Of a stretch of 64,000 nt of DNA, positions 1 to 13,988 are shown piece after piece (positions within the stretch are counted from its first letter, which is position 1; every line of letters begins with the position of its first letter). The DNA lies in NCBI GenBank assembly GCA_951406725.2, contig OX597837.1:9176001-9240000 (forward strand), in the 5' to 3' direction. The position numbers were made by a program, and so were the translations under genes. This DNA is from Octopus vulgaris (lineage: Eukaryota). The notes beneath the pieces are model-generated. The model saw nothing but the letters and a program-made list of their open reading frames with translations. It searched no databases and had not been told where the DNA came from.

Positions 1-458
1 AACTGCTATTTGAGTTATAGGAAATTGCTGTTAGAGCAGCTATTTTTTTCTTTTGTGATATAGCAGTCCCTGATAGAGTAGAATGGTTAAAGGACATTCC
101 ACACACAAATTATTGCAATTTATCCTATATATATGGAACTTAGTACAGCAGAATCCAAATAATCTATTATCTAAAAGAACTGAATGTCATTTTAGAGAAC
201 TTACGTTGTTATTTGTAGCGATGTGCAGAGATCGCATGGAAGTTTTATTGGACGCCGAATTAAGGAGGATGAAAATGTACAGAAGCATATTTGCGATTCT
301 CGTAGCTAATTCTTCATGGCGATATCATCATGAAACTGTTGTTATTGTACATGTGCTTAGCAATATACCGTTATGATACGAAAAATATATGCTGAGGCCA
401 TACCGTTCATCTAATAATTGAAGCAGTGATTGGTTTCACTGACGATTATATATTTACA

Positions 459-612
<154 letters not shown>

Positions 613-673
613 TTTTTTTTCTAGTTTCAGCTCAGAGCTGCGGAATACACATATATATATACACACATATATA

Positions 674-1100
674 TCTCTTATTATAAAAGGCAGATTTTAT
701 CTGCCTCCCTTTGGGAGTTATACAAATCTACAATATAGGATTTCTTCAATTACAATTTACCTAGCATTTTTAAGAGTACAATGCATCGCGTCATGCCAGG
801 TCCAGTTTTTAAAATTTAAACTCCAATTAAGCAAAATTTACAGAAAACTCACATTCTGGTGTGTGTGTCAAATGCTTTTCTTAGTCTGGTTTACACCACA
901 CGCAAACGCACACACACAGTGGGCAACGAATAAAGTGAAACTAGATGTAATATTTGTTTCTCTCTATCACGCTGATAGATACATGAGTAAAATGTATGGG
1001 AAGCTAACACATAAGTGTGAGTGAAAATGTTCTTGGAAGAGAGTAAATAGCCAGAGATAGTGATTTGAGGAAGACTACATTAAATAACCGTAGTGGCTTG
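674..1100 (+). mobile_element. Probable 5' portion of a non-autonomous Helitron
   Basis: Begins a|TCTCTTATTATAAAAGGCAG after (TA)n, like the TC-TATATAAA starts of the complete Helitrons at 2016 and 37268. No CTAG end found. Confidence 0.35.
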
Positions 1101-1522
1101 TGTTAGTAATAAAGTAAACATACACTCATACATACATACATACATACATACATACATACATACATACATACATACACACACACACATACATAAATACATA
1201 CACACACACATACATACATACACACACACATACATACATACATATACATACATACATATACATACATACATACACACACACACACATACACACACACACA
1301 CAGTATTGAAGCTTGAGAACAATCAGATACATTTGCAACACATCTGTTGAAAATATTATTGTTCACACACATACATATACATATATACATACAGACAGAC
1401 AGACAGATAGACACACACACACACACACATGATCCAGCATGGCCACAACCTCAAGGCTGAAACATATAAAAGAATAACAGAATATAAATGTGTGCATGTG
1501 TGTGAGAGAGAGAGTGTGTGTG

Positions 1523-1554
<32 letters not shown>

Positions 1555-1562
1555 TATATATA

Positions 1563-1997
1563 TAATAATGCGGTTTTTTCAACAGCTTGAACTAAATGTC
1601 AAAGGGGAATGGGATAAACTACTTATATTAACTTGCTATTAAAGCAGGTAGTAATTTTATCTTGTCCTTATTCATAGTGCAAGTTTTGAAGAGTGCATTT
1701 CGATTTTAACAGCTATTTTTTTCAAAGCTATATTGGAACAGCCTAGAAGACGAGCCTCATCCTGAAAGATCTGTAGAACTCGACAAGGACATCCTGAAAA
1801 CCCTGGTGGAACAAAATCTCATCGTAACTGTTGAGGAACTAGCAGAGAAGCTTGGATTTGGTCATTCAACCATTCATTGAGACCTGTGTGCTATCGGAAA
1901 AGTCAGCAAATTGGGTCAATGGGTTCCTCACGAACTTTCCGAGTCTAATTGCATGCAGAGAGTGAATGTATGCTTTTCTTTGCTGTCACATCTCACC
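1563..1997 (+). mobile_element. Mariner (Tc1/mariner) remnant, internally deleted transposase pseudogene
   Basis: Frame from 1740 reads SLEDEPHPERSVELDKDILKTLVEQN...ELAEKLGFGHSTIH*DLCAIGKVSKLGQWVPHELSESNCMQRVNVC. The WVPHEL motif is at 1920-1937. The 5' end TAATAATGCGGTTTTT resembles part of an Hsmar1-type TIR. Confidence 0.9.
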
Positions 1998-2015
1998 ACT
2001 ACTGCGCTATGTATA

Positions 2016-2652
2016 TCTATATATATAAAACTGTAGTTGTGTGAGTGTCTGTCCCCTTCGATTTAGATTCCTAACTACTCCCACATTTTGCGGTGCAGTT
2101 TAACCAAATTCGGGTAGCTTATAGTCGTGATTCATATCGAGCCCGTCTGAGTATTAGCGCGCGTCTACGATGAGTCTACGATTTAAAAAATAATTTAACA
2201 TCATTTTTTATTCCATTTTAATGAATAATTTTTCGTGTGTCGATGGCGGCGGAGTTGGCGTCCACGCTCACACCTGCACCTGTGGGGAAGGGAGTGTAAG
2301 GAAATCAACGTCGTAATGCGTTGTCAAGGAGACCAGCGTTCTTTTAGAACAACGACTTCATGGCTTGAAGACACCAAAACAGAAATGGCTAAGAAAGCGT
2401 CTACATGAGTCTACGATTTAAAAAAAAATTTACCATCGTTTTTTTTCCATTTTAATGCGTTTTTTCGCTATTATACAAGGGAAGTAACTCTCTAAAAATG
2501 TCTACGATGAGTCAACGATTTTTCAAAAAATTTACCATCATATTTTTTCCATTTTTAATGCATTTTTTGCTATTTTTTGGCTATAACTCTCTAAAAATGC
2601 TTATATAGTTATTTCCCTTACAAACCCGAGCAACGCCGGGCGATACTGCTAG
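2016..2652 (+). mobile_element. Complete non-autonomous Helitron
   Basis: 5' TC(TATATATATAAAAC), 3' GC-rich hairpin CCCGAGCAACGCCGGG then CTAG, inserted between A (2015) and T (2653). Sister copy at 36876-37268. Confidence 0.88.
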
Positions 2653-2662
2653 TATATATATA

Positions 2663-2981
2663 TAGCAACGAATTGCCTTACGCACACCGAATTTAGAAAT
2701 AGCAGTCAAAGAGATTATAGCTATTTCTTCTACTAAAAGGGAGATCACAGTAAAAACACAGCATTTGTGTTTTTACTGTGATCTCCCTTTTAGTAGAAGA
2801 AATAGCTATAATCTCTTTGACTGCTATTTCTAAATTCGGTGTGCGGTAAGGCAATTCGTTGCTAAACCCTTAATTGCTTAGTATTACTTAAATTTTCCTC
2901 GAATGAGGCTTTTACATGCCGAAGACTACTTGGTGTAATTGATAATTATTCCAAATTAATTAATTTCACCCTTCATTGTTA

Positions 2982-2984
<3 letters not shown>
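2663..2984 (+). mobile_element. (TA)n-embedded short element with 5' fold-back palindrome and degenerate hammerhead-like motif (PLE-type 3' end?)
   Basis: Arms 2663-2760 and 2766-2864 are near-perfect reverse complements with a 5-nt loop. CGAATGA-GGC-ttttacat-GCC-GAAG lies at about 2900-2924. Shares the motif GACTGCTATTTC with elements near 35139 and 40970. Confidence 0.6.
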
Positions 2985-3079
<95 letters not shown>

Positions 3080-4009
3080 ATTATTATTATTATGAGGGCA
3101 ATAATAATAAAACAGTTAATTTCAGTTTATAAATGAAAAATTCCTAATTTCACAAATTTTTGGAATTCTTTTACAATTTGAATTTTTATCTGATAGCGTA
3201 GGAAAATTCGTCATCCAGACCTGATCCCAATGTTGAATATTCGAGAACCAAATTAACGGCAGATTCTACATCTCAGGATCATACTGATTCCAAATGTAGA
3301 TTGAGCTGCATGAGGAGTCCCGGACAGACAGAATTTCGCATTTATTATCATAGGTTCATGATATTCGTTTACTGAAACGGTCGTAACATCATTTGGAGTT
3401 TCTTTCTTCCTCATCATAGTTATTACTAGACAAATCTGTGAGGCATATTGTATATCTCTTGGACTATATGTTGGATTTACGTAGAGCTCTCAATAGGAGA
3501 TTATGACGTTCATTTAGGTATTTCAATACTTCCTTAACGAGGTTATTACGTGCAACGAAGTGCCTGGATTATAGTAACACGGCAAAATTATATATACATA
3601 TGTATGAGCGTGTTTGTATGTATGTATATGTGTGTGTGCGTGTGTGTTTACAAGAGCTGTGAGTTCAAGTCTCAAGATCAGCTATCGACATTTTCTATTC
3701 AAATGGGCTTTTCAAGCCATTATTTACTTGCTATTCATTACATTTTTATATGAATTTCAAGAAGCGTTACTCAGGCACGCTCCCCACAAAAGAATTATAT
3801 CACTTATATTAATATTCCTATGACGTCAAGGATACACACACAAACAGACACAAACACACACACATATATATATAATGTGTGTACGCATATATATATATAT
3901 ATGTATATTATATATTGCATATATATGTATATGTGATATATATATATATATATGCATATATACATGCACATCCATACATGTATGTAATATATACATATAT
4001 ATGTGCGTA

Positions 4010-4052
<43 letters not shown>

Positions 4053-4179
4053 AACTACTTGCATATATATATATGTATATATATAAACATATATATACAC
4101 ACATATACATATATACGTATATATATATACATATATTTACATATATATACATATATATGTACATATATATATATATATA

Positions 4180-4273
<94 letters not shown>

Positions 4274-4644
4274 TATATATATACAGGTACTTTAATACAT
4301 AGGTGTGTAAGTACATGTGCATTAATATATGTATGTCGAATGTTTCGAACGATTCTGAGTAGAAAACATACAATTTGTTATCTTCGTGACAATAAATGTA
4401 TGTAAGAAATATCTCGTTATGAAATTCATATATTTGCTAATAAGATCTTTTCAATAGAAGCAACTTCCGTTGTCTGATATACGAAAACTATTACTAGAAT
4501 TTTCATGAACAGATAACATTGGAGATTCACATAAATATACTAGATTCTTACATTCCCGCCCACCTCACGCAAACACATGCACACCCACAAACACGCCCAT
4601 ATATACATATATGAATATATATGTGTATGTATATATATTTAAAA

Positions 4645-4742
<98 letters not shown>

Positions 4743-4919
4743 ATATATATGTTTATATATAGGGAGAGAGAGAGACAGCGAGATAGAGCCAGATAGATAG
4801 AGAGACAGACAGACAGGCAGATAGATAGATAGATAGATAGATAAATAGATACATAGGTAGATAGATGGATAGATAGATACATTGATAGATAGATGGATAG
4901 ATAGATGGATAGATAGATG

Positions 4920-5026
<107 letters not shown>

Positions 5027-5202
5027 TGAAGTGTTAGTACTAATATAAAACGCAAACCAACTCAGAAACTTACGGCCAATTTGTTTTACGTCAAAACGTA
5101 TCATACTTAACTTGTATGCATTCAGTAGCTTTTAGTTTGTTTGATCGCATATATGTGCTATTTCATACAAGTTGCTTTTAAATACACACACATACACACA
5201 CA

Positions 5203-5269
<67 letters not shown>

Positions 5270-5774
5270 GTAAATCTTCATACGTATATACATATATATG
5301 CTTATATATGCTTGAGAGAGAGAGAGAGATTGCGTGTCATGTGTGTACATATATGAATACGTGTATATATCTTCGCATACCTGTTTCTCTCTGATGTAAT
5401 GATAGCAAAGCAATAAGTCATTTGCTTGTCATCTTACGTACGTTCACACACAAACACATACATATACACACACACCCACACATGCCAGAAGACAGCCAGA
5501 CACTCGCACATGTCATACATTTTCTACCTCTACTAAAGACGATATCAAAAATCCTCGTATTCTACGAAACATGATGCAGTGATCAGTAGTAAAATGCTGT
5601 ATTTATCGTAGTTACACTATAATGAAATATGATGGCGTCTCGAACACACGGATACGATAAATTACATCTCGTCATTGCTTACTGTAAATATGCGAATGCA
5701 TGAGTCAAATTTCTCCGGTTGCAATTTTGCGTCTCTAGCATTTTCAGGAATAAAGTCACAGGTAAAATACCATT

Positions 5775-6110
5775 AACAGCAGGAAGGGAAAAGAATCCTT
5801 TAGAGAAATATCATAAATTAATTGTCATAAAATCCGAGTTGATGTCACAGCTTGCATGATATTATAATGCTATATATGGATTAATTACTCTTGCAGGAGT
5901 CAACGCTCATGAACTATAAAACAGAACAGCGATTTCGTGTTGCATTTGGAAATATAAGGAACAATTGCAAGCCGCATGCATGTCTTGGGTGATAATGCTT
6001 TTAGGAACGGATCAATTTATTTTATGAATTTGACATGTTCCTCGAAAAGGAGGCATAGCGTGTTTCTTCTACAACTGCATGGAGCTTGAATTAAGGAATG
6101 AGTTGAGGTT
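5775..6110 (+). pseudogene. Decayed Penelope-like (Neptune-type) GIY-YIG endonuclease C-terminus, copy 1
   Basis: With frameshifts and stops it reads NSRKGKE-PLEK...IVIKSEL...HEL*NRTAISCCIWKYKEQ...MSWV...LN-RNEL, matching the PLE pattern CNCR..CPL...IVYKA...N.T.LS.YIWKLKE...I.W...LNKR.EL. Confidence 0.6.
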
Positions 6111-6144
6111 TAACTTACTGAAACAAACCATGATGCCATTAAGA

Positions 6145-6482
6145 GCAGAATGCTGAAAAAAAAAAGCCTTTAGAGAAATGACATAAATGAATTGTCATTA
6201 AAACCGAGTTGATAGCTCTGCTTGCAAGATATTAGAAGGTTATATAGAAATTAATTTCTCTCACAGGAGCCAAAACACACGAATAGTAAAACAGCGCAGC
6301 TACTTCAAGCTACATTTGGAAATATAAAGAGCAATTTCGGGCCGTATGCATTTCATGGCCAAATGATCAATTTATCCTATCAATAAGAATATTTCCTCGC
6401 GAATAAGATCGAACACATTTTTATGCCTTTAAATGAGGGCTGAATTTTAAAATCATTTAAGTTTCAATTTAGAGAACCAAAC
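6145..6482 (+). pseudogene. Decayed Penelope-like GIY-YIG endonuclease C-terminus, copy 2 (370-bp period with copy 1)
   Basis: Ungapped ~190-nt alignment to copy 1 starting at CCTTTAGAGAAA (5797 vs 6167). Reads HE**NSAATSSYIWKYKEQFRAVCISW, with YIWKYKE at 6311-6331. Confidence 0.6.
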
Positions 6483-6603
6483 TCAAAAATACGACGGTTA
6501 CATCATCTACTTATATAATGTTACAATCCAGCCTGCTGTGATGTATCGTCGATCGATTAAACGTTAATGTTAACCCTTGCTTATCTCAGATAAAATAATA
6601 TTT

Positions 6604-6652
<49 letters not shown>

Positions 6653-6706
6653 GGAATATTTACGCATACACTTATATAAGCGTGCGTATATATATTCTTT
6701 TTATAT

Positions 6707-6870
6707 CTACTTTTTTTTTACTGCAACCATGCTAGAGCACAGCATTACATCGAGCAAATCACCCCCACAACTTATTCTATCGGTCTATTTTGCTGAACCG
6801 CTAAGTGACGGGGACGTAAACACACCGGTGTCGGTTTTCAAGCAATGTTGGAGCGACAAACACAGACAAA
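6707..6870 (-). mobile_element. SINE family S1, diverged 3' half
   Basis: Reverse complement matches the 3' half of 14760-15198 (GTTTACGTCCCCGTCACTTAGCGGTTC...). Confidence 0.75.
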
Positions 6871-6898
6871 CTGACTTATTCATGCATACATATGTATG

Positions 6899-6960
<62 letters not shown>

Positions 6961-7064
6961 CGTGACCGACCAGACTATCTGATGTTGTTACACATCGTTG
7001 GTCACAATGTGAAGTGCATTGTTTTAGCCTTCAAATGACGCCTCCCGCTGGCTTAGCGAGCAGG

Positions 7065-7118
<54 letters not shown>

Positions 7119-7908
7119 TTTATATATATGCGTATGTATGTGTATATATACATGCAGATGTACACACGCATATAAACACACACACATATATATACATCAT
7201 ATAATGGAATTAAATCCATAAACTTTTCCCCACAGTCTTCCGATTATATCTCTCGGCCTCTCTTTTGTAACTGTCTCTACTTATCCATCTCTCTCACATT
7301 CTCCCCTTTGCCTCTGCCACACTCTCTCTCACTCTCACTCTTTCTAATTATTTCCTTACGCTGACTCTCAATCCTCTCTCTCTATATATATATATATACA
7401 TATATACGTCTTTATACATACATATATATACATGCACAAATTTGTTTAAATATATATATATAATATACATGTATATATATATATTTATATATATATATAT
7501 GTATATATATATACACGTATATATATGTACACATACTTGCATGTATACATAGGTGTATATAAGCCTATGTGATGTGTGCGTGCTTGAATGTACGTGTGTG
7601 GAACCGATATATTTATTGCTATGTCTGATCTTTCTTTAGTGCTATCGATTAACATTTATATTCTTTCAGATTATTCACTTTGACACTTGCCGCGAAAAGG
7701 TTAATACTATTTTACAGTCATAATATACATCTTTTTTTTTTCTTTTATATATTTGTGTTTGTTTTTTATTTTCATTCCTGACATAAATGGTATTTTTTTT
7801 TCTCTCCCAGATGTTGGCGTCTGGGTGAGATGTCAAACTGAAGGTGAATCGACGTTGATAATCTGTTTTGAATTACAATTGGTTAATTTTTCATATCGTA
7901 CTTTTCCT

Positions 7909-7983
<75 letters not shown>

Positions 7984-8151
7984 ATATATCAAGGAACTAT
8001 GTTTGTGCATATGCATCCATGTCATTATATAACTGCAGACTCATATACATACCTACAGATACACAGAGACTTACTCACATACCAATATATACGGAAGCAG
8101 AAACATGTATATATACACAAAAATATATATTTATATATATGTATATATATT

Positions 8152-8191
<40 letters not shown>

Positions 8192-8340
8192 TATATGAAT
8201 ATATATATATATACATGTATATATATTTATACATAAATATATTTATATATACAAATATATATTTATATATATATATGTATATGTATGTATATATAGAAAT
8301 AGAGAGAGATAGATAGGTATATAGATAGAAATATATATAT

Positions 8341-8419
<79 letters not shown>

Positions 8420-9027
8420 ATTATTGAACAGTGTTTGATGCGCATGATCATTAGTAACACAGATACAAATGATGACATCTTGTTCCGGATTTTATGCATC
8501 CCGAATACAAATCCTGCAGCGTGTTTTTTTTTTCCTTTTTCTTTTTATAGTTCTATGGTTGCTAAATAATGTATTTCTGAAGCACTAGCATCGATTTAAT
8601 TTAATAGCCAATTTCTTTCTTGCAGTATTTAATTGTGGAATGGCGTTGGAATGGCAAAAATCGTAAAAAGCATCTGCTTCAATGACATGTTGGTTTTTAG
8701 CAATAATTTTTCATATTCCAGAGTTCAACTTTTCTTGCTGACGGCTTTGATTTTCATGCTTTCTGGATGGATAAATTAAATTATATGTCAATTTTTGGAG
8801 TCTGTAAACTAAACCTTTGTCCTTTCCCGAACTCGCAGCATCGTGCGTAAGATCCATTAATATTTAACTACGAAATGTACGTTGTTCTGCTCTACTGTTT
8901 GACTCAATAATTATCTCTGCAGAAAAACTAGCAGAACAGAATATATTTATTAGGTTTTTGATCAGTAATATCGCATTGTCAAGCAAATAGTCAGACGCTT
9001 TAACGTACATCGTTTCAAAGCTTATAA

Positions 9028-9541
9028 AATGAAAATAAATGCGCCGTTTTAAAGCCTAGCCAGGCTCATGGGCCCGGTTTCCCGGTTTCCCTGGCGTCTG
9101 TGTTCCCCAGATGGACGTATGTGTTTGCCAGTACATCGCAGCGTTACTCATTTTTGCCAGCTGAGTGGACTGGAGCAACGTGAAACGAAGTGTTTTGCTC
9201 ACGAACACAGCACGTCACCCGGTCCAGGAATCGAAACCACAATCTTACAATCATGACGCTGACACCCTAACCACTAAGCTATGCACCTCCACTTCTACCC
9301 TTTTAAAGCCTAGCCAGGCTCGTGGGCCCGGTTTCTCGGTTTCTATGGCGTATGTGTTTCCCAGCTGAACGGGACACCAGTCCATTGCAGCCTTACTCAT
9401 TTTTGCCAGCTGAGTGGAGTGGAGCAACGTGAAATGAAGTGTTTTGCTAAAGAACACATCGCGTCGCCCGGTGGAGGAATAGAAACCACAATCTTACGAT
9501 CATGATGATGACACTCTAACCACTAAGCCACGCGCTTCCAC
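9028..9541 (-). mobile_element. Head-to-tail dimer of tRNA-derived SINE family S3 with one shared 15-bp TSD
   Basis: Two ~250-bp copies (9028-9292, 9293-9541) with A box TGGCTTAGTGG and B-box-like GGTTTCGATTCC. TSD TTTCAAAGCTTATAA at 9013-9027 and 9542-9556. Confidence 0.88.
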
Positions 9542-9810
9542 TTTCAAAGCTTATAACATGAATGAATCAGCCAGTATAGAGCTAATGACCAAATGTTAAT
9601 ATGGAGACACGTGCTGTGTATGGACGCACTATATAATATCCCATGGAAATCAAGGACTGTTTTTAATATGGAAAGCATTTAGATTTCTTTTCCATGCACA
9701 GGAAATATGCTGCTGACCAACCGAGAACGCTTCACATCTCTGTCCGCCTTTCATCGATCTTACTGGATCATTTTAGAAATCTTTTAACATTTCCTTTGGT
9801 GGTTGCAAAT

Positions 9811-10195
9811 GTGGAAGCACTCCGTCGGTTACGACGATGAGGGTTCCGGTTGATCCGATCAACGGAACAGCCTGCTCGTGAAATTAACGTGTAAGTGGCT
9901 GAGCACTCCACAGACACGTGCACCCTTAACATAGTTCTCGGGGATATTCAGCGTGACACAGAGAGTGACAAGGTCGGCCCTTTGAAATACAGGTACAACA
10001 GAAACAGGAAGTAAAAGTGAGAGAAAGTTGTGGTGAAAGAGTACAGCAGGGATCACCACCATCCCCTGCCGGAGCCGCGTGGAGCTTTAGGTGTTTTCGC
10101 TCAATAAACACTCACAACGCCCGGTCTGGGAATCGAAATCGCGATCCTAAGACCGCGAGTCCGCTGCCCTAACCACTGGGCCATTGCGCCTCCAC
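9811..10195 (-). mobile_element. tRNA-derived SINE family S4, full length with 13-bp TSD
   Basis: Head GTGGAGGCGCAATGGCCCAGTGGTTAGGGCAGCGGACTCGCGG...TTCGATTCCC. TSD GGTGGTTGCAAAT at 9798-9810 and 10196-10208. Confidence 0.9.
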
Positions 10196-10462
10196 GGTGG
10201 TTGCAAATAAGAAAGATAAAGACAACAAAATAAACGGGGTTTTCCTATTATATCTGTTTCTGTTACGTATAATATTCCTGCAGGGTTTATTCATATAAAA
10301 CATTTTCATTTAATCCTGATAGAGCCCTGCGTCAAATAATGTCGCTTGATACATGTTTTCATTAATATTTAAGCCTTTACATATGTTCTCTGTAAGCGAC
10401 ATAAATTAGGACAAAATCGACGGAAGTTGAGGTTTATTTTCGCCATTAATTTCTTAAAACAA

Positions 10463-11083
10463 AAACGAAGACAATTGCAGCGTGGAAGGTGTTTGTAAGC
10501 CATTTAAGAAACACACAAAAGCCGTTCGATTCACTTCAACATTTAAGTTTAATTTGTCAAAATATTTTCGTCGCTATAAGATTGCGACAAAAATCCGTTC
10601 TGAATCTCGGATTTTTGTCAGTGAACAGGTCGCGGTCTTAAAGCGACGAAAATATTTTGACAAATTAAACTTAAATGCTGAAGTGAATCGAATTGACTTT
10701 ATATTATTTTGTTCGAGTTAGACTCTGGCTACTCTGAATTACACATTTAGGCCTACGCTCTTCCACAGAAAGGACACAGAAAGAAACAAGGAGAGAAAAT
10801 AAAGAATGTGTAGTGGCTAGCGATTTATCATGGCTAGCGATGTATGTATATATTGTTATATTTCGGGATGGCCATTTTTTTCTTGTCAAATAAATACAAA
10901 CACTATATATTCGTTGTCTTAAAGCGACGAAAATATTTTGACAAATTAAACTTAAATGCTGAAGTGAATCGAACGGCTTTTGTGTGTTTCTTAAATGGCA
11001 TACAGACACCTTCCATGCTGCAATTGTCTTCGTTTCAGCACACGATCTCAGATCAGGTTACTTGCTATGCAAGTACATCTCCG
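10463..11083. mobile_element. Rearranged palindromic MITE with long TIRs, ending ...CATCTCCG|TAA
   Basis: 10463-10600 is the reverse complement of 10608-10703 and of 10916-11035. The same arm occurs at 42032-42231 preceded by TTA. TTA/TAA flanks suggest PIF/Harbinger, but this is inference. Confidence 0.7.
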
Positions 11084-11681
11084 TAAAAACGAAGAGATTT
11101 CCAAAAAGACTCATCATGAAACGACGTAATTTGAAATATGCTTGCAGTTTCCGCTAATTACTAAAATTAGTCTAAACATGTCTTCCTGTGCAAATACCCT
11201 TTGGAGGTTTTAGTTCATAAATTTCATTGAATTCTGTAGATATCAGACAGCCGAGAGCAAGAATGAATCGTCACGTAAATATTATTGTTATTCAGATGTA
11301 GTTTTGTGAATTTTTACTGCAGTAATAAACGCTGAGAATTCTAGTGTCAGAGTAGACTGCGTAATGTAATGGTGGAGTGTAAAATCTGTTGTCAGTTATA
11401 CGCTTTATATCAAAATCATACAATTCTAGTGAAAGACAAGAAAAAGTGAACACGTTACAATATTTAGTAAGCAGTTTAGAAAAACTGGGATATACCAACA
11501 TTTCCTGAAAGATTTCATGAGAACGGAAAAGCAGCCCTTTCTACTGATCTGTGATAGTAACTCATTCAAAATTGATTTCTTTCATCAGTTTTTTTCCCTT
11601 CTGGTGCATGTTGCATTGGTAAGTTTGTGTGTGTGTGTATGTGCGTATGAGACGCACGTATGTACATCTATCTATGTATCT

Positions 11682-11796
11682 GATCCCTTTTGATCGAAAA
11701 CCTACGCCACCTTTTTTTTTTTCATCCCCCAAAAGAAAAGCTCTACCTTGTAACTTGTCCCATCTGTGTGCAGCCCTGTGTGGCCAATAAAGAAAC
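11682..11796 (+). mobile_element. Extremely 5'-truncated 3' end of the Tx1-like LINE
   Basis: Matches 27579-27693 (GATCCCTTTTGATCGAAAA...CAGCCCTGTGTGGCCAATAAAGAAAC). Flanked by TCTA-type repeats on both sides. Confidence 0.85.
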
Positions 11797-11844
11797 TTAT
11801 CTATATATCTATCTATTTCTCTCTCTCTCTCTCTCTCTCACTCA

Positions 11845-11916
<72 letters not shown>

Positions 11917-11918
<2 letters not shown>

Positions 11919-12110
11919 CGGAAGGTTTACGAAAATAAACAAAAGACGAAGGCAGGTGGAGTACAAACAAATAATGTATTAGTATGGCGCTCAGGAATAG
12001 AAATAAAACAAGTCTTTTACGTTTCGAGCCTACGCTCTTCGACAGAAAGATACACAGAAAAGAAACAAGGAGAACAAATTGCGTGTAGGGGCTAACGATC
12101 CAACATGGCG
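11917..12110 (-). mobile_element. Hammerhead-bearing short element, family H1, in (TA)n
   Basis: Homologous to 12554-12714 and 21509-22142. (TA)n on both sides. Confidence 0.8.
12013..12050 (-). ncRNA. Minimal type-I hammerhead ribozyme motif (A6U core variant)
   Basis: UCUUU-CUGUCGA-A-GAGC-GUAG-GCUC-GAAA-CG-U-A-AAAGA: stem I 5 bp, stem II 4 bp with tetraloop, palindromic stem III ACGU, GUA cleavage triplet. Confidence 0.7.
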
Positions 12111-12362
12111 TTATATATATATATATATAATGCACCTGTCTGTCTTCGTGTGCGCGTGCGTATATGAGCGTTTATAACAGATATATTTAAAAGAGTGTGG
12201 TATCACATTGATTTTCATGTAAATGTAGATATCAATACCATCGTTCCTTTATTTTATATCCTTTATACAATATCTATATATATATGTGCGTCCGTATATG
12301 TTTTTGTATATATATGTATCATACATACATACATATATACATACATACATATATATTGATGC

Positions 12363-12447
<85 letters not shown>

Positions 12448-12553
12448 TGATACAGAGATAGATAGATAAATATACATATACATATATATGATATGATATA
12501 TATATACATATATATATATATAAAACACACACACACACATATATGTATATAAG

Positions 12554-12714
12554 ATAGATCGTTAGCCACTACACACATTTTTTCTCTCCTTTTTTTCTCT
12601 CCTTGTTTTTTTCTGTGTCCCTTTCTGTAGAAGAGCTTAGGCTCGAAACGTAAAAGACTTTCTCTATTCCTGAGCGTTATATTAATACATCTGTTTGTTT
12701 TGTACACCACCTGT
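12554..12714 (+). mobile_element. Family H1 copy with hammerhead motif at 12621-12656
   Basis: CTTT-CTGTAGA-A-GAGC-TTAG-GCTC-GAAA-CG-T-A-AAAG. Confidence 0.75.
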
Positions 12715-12840
12715 ACACATACACATGCATAATGCATATATACACGCATACATATATACATACATACATACATACATACGCACATACATACATACATACA
12801 TACATACATACATACATACATACATACATACATACATACA

Positions 12841-12876
<36 letters not shown>

Positions 12877-13953
12877 CATATATGCATACGTACGACGATA
12901 CGAACAGGTATGCATGCAAACATGCTCACGCAGAAATACCGAGACAGGAAAATGAAATAAAATATAAAGATAAAAAGAAATCGACAAAACAAACAGAAAT
13001 CGCAGGAGGGAAAATGCCAGACAAAGGAAAAGATCACACACCTACACACACATACACACACACACATACACAGACACACACACACACAGAGGCTCACACA
13101 GGCACACAAACAAACGCACGCACCCGCACTCACATACGTGTATGTATATAGAAATACGCGCATGAATACACACACGCATACCTAAATACATATACACACA
13201 CACAAATGTATATCTACGCATATGTGTGTGTGTATTCTTTCTATGTATGTGTGTATGAAATGTTTATATAAACTACGAATACGACTATAAAGAATTAGTT
13301 TTCGAAATGTTAAGTTCTAAATTACCATTTGTATGATTCTACAGAGTCTTTTATGATCACCACACACGCCTTCAGTCATAAAACATGGCAGTATTCAATG
13401 CTGTAACTTAAAAATATCTTTAGACACGCATCTACAGACCTATAAATCACGCCGTGTACACTAATACACGTATGTATTAGCTGTATTTATGCATATACTG
13501 GAAACAGAATACGTAGACATACGGAGTAAGACACAGACATGCAGAGACTTCCAAGCACAAAGACACACACACACACTTACAAACACACACACACATAGCC
13601 ACACAGAAGCTTACATGTATATACTTGTGCATCTGCAGTGATATATATGTATATATGTGTGTGTACTAATATATATATATATATATTTATATGTGTTTAT
13701 ATATATTTATTTATATATATTCATTTATATGCATTTATATATTTATATTTACATACATATTTGTGTATATATCTGCTTGTGTACAGATATATAAATATAC
13801 ATACACACATATATTTATGCCAGTGTATGCGTAAAATATGTTAAATACGTGTATACATGTATATATATTTATACATCTAATACGTAATATGCATATATTC
13901 ATATATTCATTTATATATATATATATATATATGTATATTTATATATGTGTATG

Positions 13954-13988
<35 letters not shown>

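Noticed and set aside
7655-7850. Two possible micro-exons (TTTCAG|ATT...AAG|GTTAAT and CCCAG|ATG...AAG|GTGAAT)
   Set aside because: The splice-like signals are plausible but common in AT-rich DNA, and the peptides are unrecognisable. Spliced RNA-seq reads would be needed.
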